A program made the translations under genes and the position numbers. The notes beneath the pieces are model-generated. The model ran no database searches and had not been told where the DNA came from. It saw nothing but the letters and a program-made list of their open reading frames with translations. From a virus, in IMG/VR virus record IMGVR_UViG_3300029333_000064: a DNA stretch of 6,664 nt. One strand, given 5' to 3'. Shown piece after piece: positions 4,739 to 6,664 of this stretch (its first letter is position 1; every line of letters starts with the position of its first letter).

Positions 4739-6664
4739 TTATTCAATATGAGGTATAGAGTTACGAGGAATAGTAGTTTTCTTAGTAATATCAAAAGCAA
4801 TACTGCCCAAAATCTTATCACCATTTTCGGCAGTCATAGCAAATACGTCATTAACATGATCAGGATTAACGAGTAAAAAATCCTTAGAAAGTTCAGGGGC
4901 TTTATCAAATACACGATTAATAAGGAAATTTCTCATAGAACCGCGGAATTCTCCGTGAACTTCATCAAAAGACGAAATTAAATCCCAATATGCACGCTGA
5001 TAACCAAATACATTATTAACATTTTCAGCATTCACAGCATAAGACTGATACGGGCACAAATGTTTATAAAGCATAGGTTGATAACTGATGTTATTGAATT
5101 GCGGAAAATGCCAATCCAAAAGATTCATACGGGTGAAATGAGGCGCTAGCAACTGCGAATAATTAGCAGCAGGTACGACAGACATAACACCAAGGATATA
5201 ACCATCTTCCGGACAATATTTACGAATAACATGACGCATACCAGATTGCAAGGAACCTTGACCAGCAAAACTACCAAGAGGGTTACCTTCGGTAGGTGTA
5301 GTTTGAGTTACCTTATATACAGGTATAGTATCAGAAATGCCGCCAAGGAATTCGGGCATCATGAGCTCGTCATAATCCAAATTAACATCAAAAAGACCCT
5401 TTACAAGATTCTTATAACGCGGAGATTGACGAATACGAATTTCAAGGAAACGCTGAAGTGAATTAACATTACGGAAATCTGAAATAGATATACCAGAAGT
5501 AGCCATACCTATAAGATTCCGAACGACATCAGCAGGAGCATTAGAGCTCTTAACTTGAAAACCTGTAACAGTATCTCCATCATCAGCAGTTTCAAGTTGT
5601 GCATGATATTCAGTTCCAGCAGCATCACGGAATGTAGCTTCACCAAGAGAGGTAATACCTACAAGGGGCGCAATGCCAGCTTGAGGGGATTGCAAGGCCG
5701 TAGTATAAGCGTCAGGTTCCCAATTAGCATAATGCAACTGATATTTATAACTATCAGGACCGCCTTTTACAGATGGTACATATCTATTATATTCGGGTTT
5801 ACCATCAACAATGAACGGATTATTACGAATGTCACGACCAAATGCATTATAATAAGCTTCATACGTACGAAAAGGAAGAGCAGACAAGGGGATAGTAGGC
5901 ATGCCAGTAGAAGCATAGAAAGGACAATTATCTGAAGTAATAGTAACTTGTTGGCCAGAAGACAATAGCTTGTAGTAAGTAGGATTACCCAAATATTGAA
6001 TTAAATATTCACCTTGCCAAAAAACATCAGAAGCATTCCGAGGAGGAGTCACAACATAAATTGTCACATCAGTAGTATAAGAGCGCAAATCCAAAGAATA
6101 AGAAACCTCTTCACTTTTCGGAAGAACATCAAGAGTGAGTACATCTAAAATCTTATTAGTCGTAGAAGAAGTAACAACAAAAAAACCATAACGCCAAAAG
6201 TCTTTTGCATGATAAACATCAAGAAAACGCAAAGTTAAAAATGCCGTTTCAGGATTATCAACGCCAGAATCTAAAAGAGGTAACTTATAAGATATGGCTA
6301 AATATGCATTCTCAGCAGAAGAAGAGGTAGGTCGAGACTCACCAAGATTTGAAATAGACTCACCTTTAAGGGAAGTCAAAGCAGAAACAGCGGCATCACG
6401 AGAAAGACCGTCTATATTATCAAATAAAAAAGAACCGCCCCAAGCATCAGAATGTTCTACACCATAATCAACAGAAACGCTTTTTTCAGCGCCATAATTA
6501 CCAACTAAAGTCGTAGGCACACCAAGATAATCAGCAAGAGAACCTGTTTGCAAATCATCAGGTATATTGAATTGAGACTTACGTTCAGAAGTACTACCAT
6601 CGGCGAGAACATCCATCCAAGGAGGAGTAACGGTTTCGTCACCACCAAAGAAAGACATCCAGTC
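4739..6664 (-). CDS. VP1: Major capsid protein VP1, codons 87-727 plus TAA stop. The 5' end is cut by the window edge.
   Basis: Largest ORF in the window. It stays open to the window end, and 6664 equals position 123, which is in frame with the ATG at 381. Full gene length is 381 + 1803 = 2184 nt, or 727 aa plus stop. The M at 6658 used by the ORF track is internal. Confidence 0.95.
   Translation of the reverse strand, partial: DWMSFFGGDETVTPPWMDVLADGSTSERKSQFNIPDDLQTGSLADYLGVPTTLVGNYGAEKSVSVDYGVEHSDAWGGSFLFDNIDGLSRDAAVSALTSLKGESISNLGESRPTSSSAENAYLAISYKLPLLDSGVDNPETAFLTLRFLDVYHAKDFWRYGFFVVTSSTTNKILDVLTLDVLPKSEEVSYSLDLRSYTTDVTIYVVTPPRNASDVFWQGEYLIQYLGNPTYYKLLSSGQQVTITSDNCPFYASTGMPTIPLSALPFRTYEAYYNAFGRDIRNNPFIVDGKPEYNRYVPSVKGGPDSYKYQLHYANWEPDAYTTALQSPQAGIAPLVGITSLGEATFRDAAGTEYHAQLETADDGDTVTGFQVKSSNAPADVVRNLIGMATSGISISDFRNVNSLQRFLEIRIRQSPRYKNLVKGLFDVNLDYDELMMPEFLGGISDTIPVYKVTQTTPTEGNPLGSFAGQGSLQSGMRHVIRKYCPEDGYILGVMSVVPAANYSQLLAPHFTRMNLLDWHFPQFNNISYQPMLYKHLCPYQSYAVNAENVNNVFGYQRAYWDLISSFDEVHGEFRGSMRNFLINRVFDKAPELSKDFLLVNPDHVNDVFAMTAENGDKILGSIAFDITKKTTIPRNSIPHIE
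6542..6664. repeat. Terminal redundancy, copy 2
   Basis: Identical to 1..123 and ends exactly at the window end. Confidence 0.95.

Noticed and set aside
175-5935. Plus-strand ORFs from the track: 175..456, 1105..1392, 1411..1620, 1684..2202, 2418..2621, 5231..5461 and 5555..5935.
   Set aside because: All but 2418..2621 lie antisense to well-supported minus-strand genes. Four that I checked (175, 1684, 2418, 5555) start at TTG rather than ATG. Their products are low-complexity and not protein-like. Microviridae genomes are transcribed from one strand only. They are best explained as antisense shadow ORFs.
916-6237. Additional TAnnTTTG (-7 box) matches on the gene strand at 916..923, 3384..3391, 5266..5273 and 6230..6237, plus a plus-strand TAATTTTG at 3238..3245.
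   Set aside because: None has a TTTG at the required 19-21 nt spacing. All four gene-strand matches lie inside coding sequence. Several chance matches to a motif with six fixed positions are expected in an A/T-rich 6.5-kb genome. The plus-strand match would only drive antisense transcription of VP2.
1-6664. CRISPR arrays, tRNA or rRNA genes, transposases, integrases and defence or anti-defence gene cassettes.
   Set aside because: No spaced direct-repeat array is present. No large ORFs exist beyond the microvirus core genes. Nothing resembles a recombinase or nuclease other than the HUH Rep protein.

Overview
The window is one complete circular ssDNA microvirus (family Microviridae) genome, linearised with a 123-nt terminal redundancy: 1..123 is identical to 6542..6664, giving a 6541-nt unit. 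Every credible gene lies on the minus strand, so the window is the reverse complement of the coding-sense strand. Going round the circle on the minus strand the order is: VP4 rolling-circle Rep (2394..997), three small ORFs (994..815, 801..577, 584..384), major capsid protein VP1 (381..1, continuing 6541..4739), a 103-aa ORF (4736..4425) and the VP2 pilot or minor capsid protein (4425..3307). These genes are packed with gaps of 13 nt or less, or with overlaps. The supplied 639-aa VP1 ORF is truncated by the window edge. The true VP1 starts at the ATG at 381 and is 727 aa across the junction. The only non-compact part is 2395..3306. It holds a Bacteroides-type promoter (TTTG-N20-TAnnTTTG), an 88-aa ORF with an HTH-like motif, and about 550-600 nt of G+C-enriched, hairpin-dense non-coding DNA with a recurrent CGCTAC motif and two (TA)n tracts. 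That accessory module is the best candidate for something undescribed: a structured RNA, an ssDNA origin, or a regulatory switch. No integrase, endolysin, tRNA, CRISPR array or transposase is visible. Genome size, the large VP1 and the promoter type fit Bacteroidetes-associated (Alpavirinae-type) gut microviruses, but that placement is inference made without a database search.
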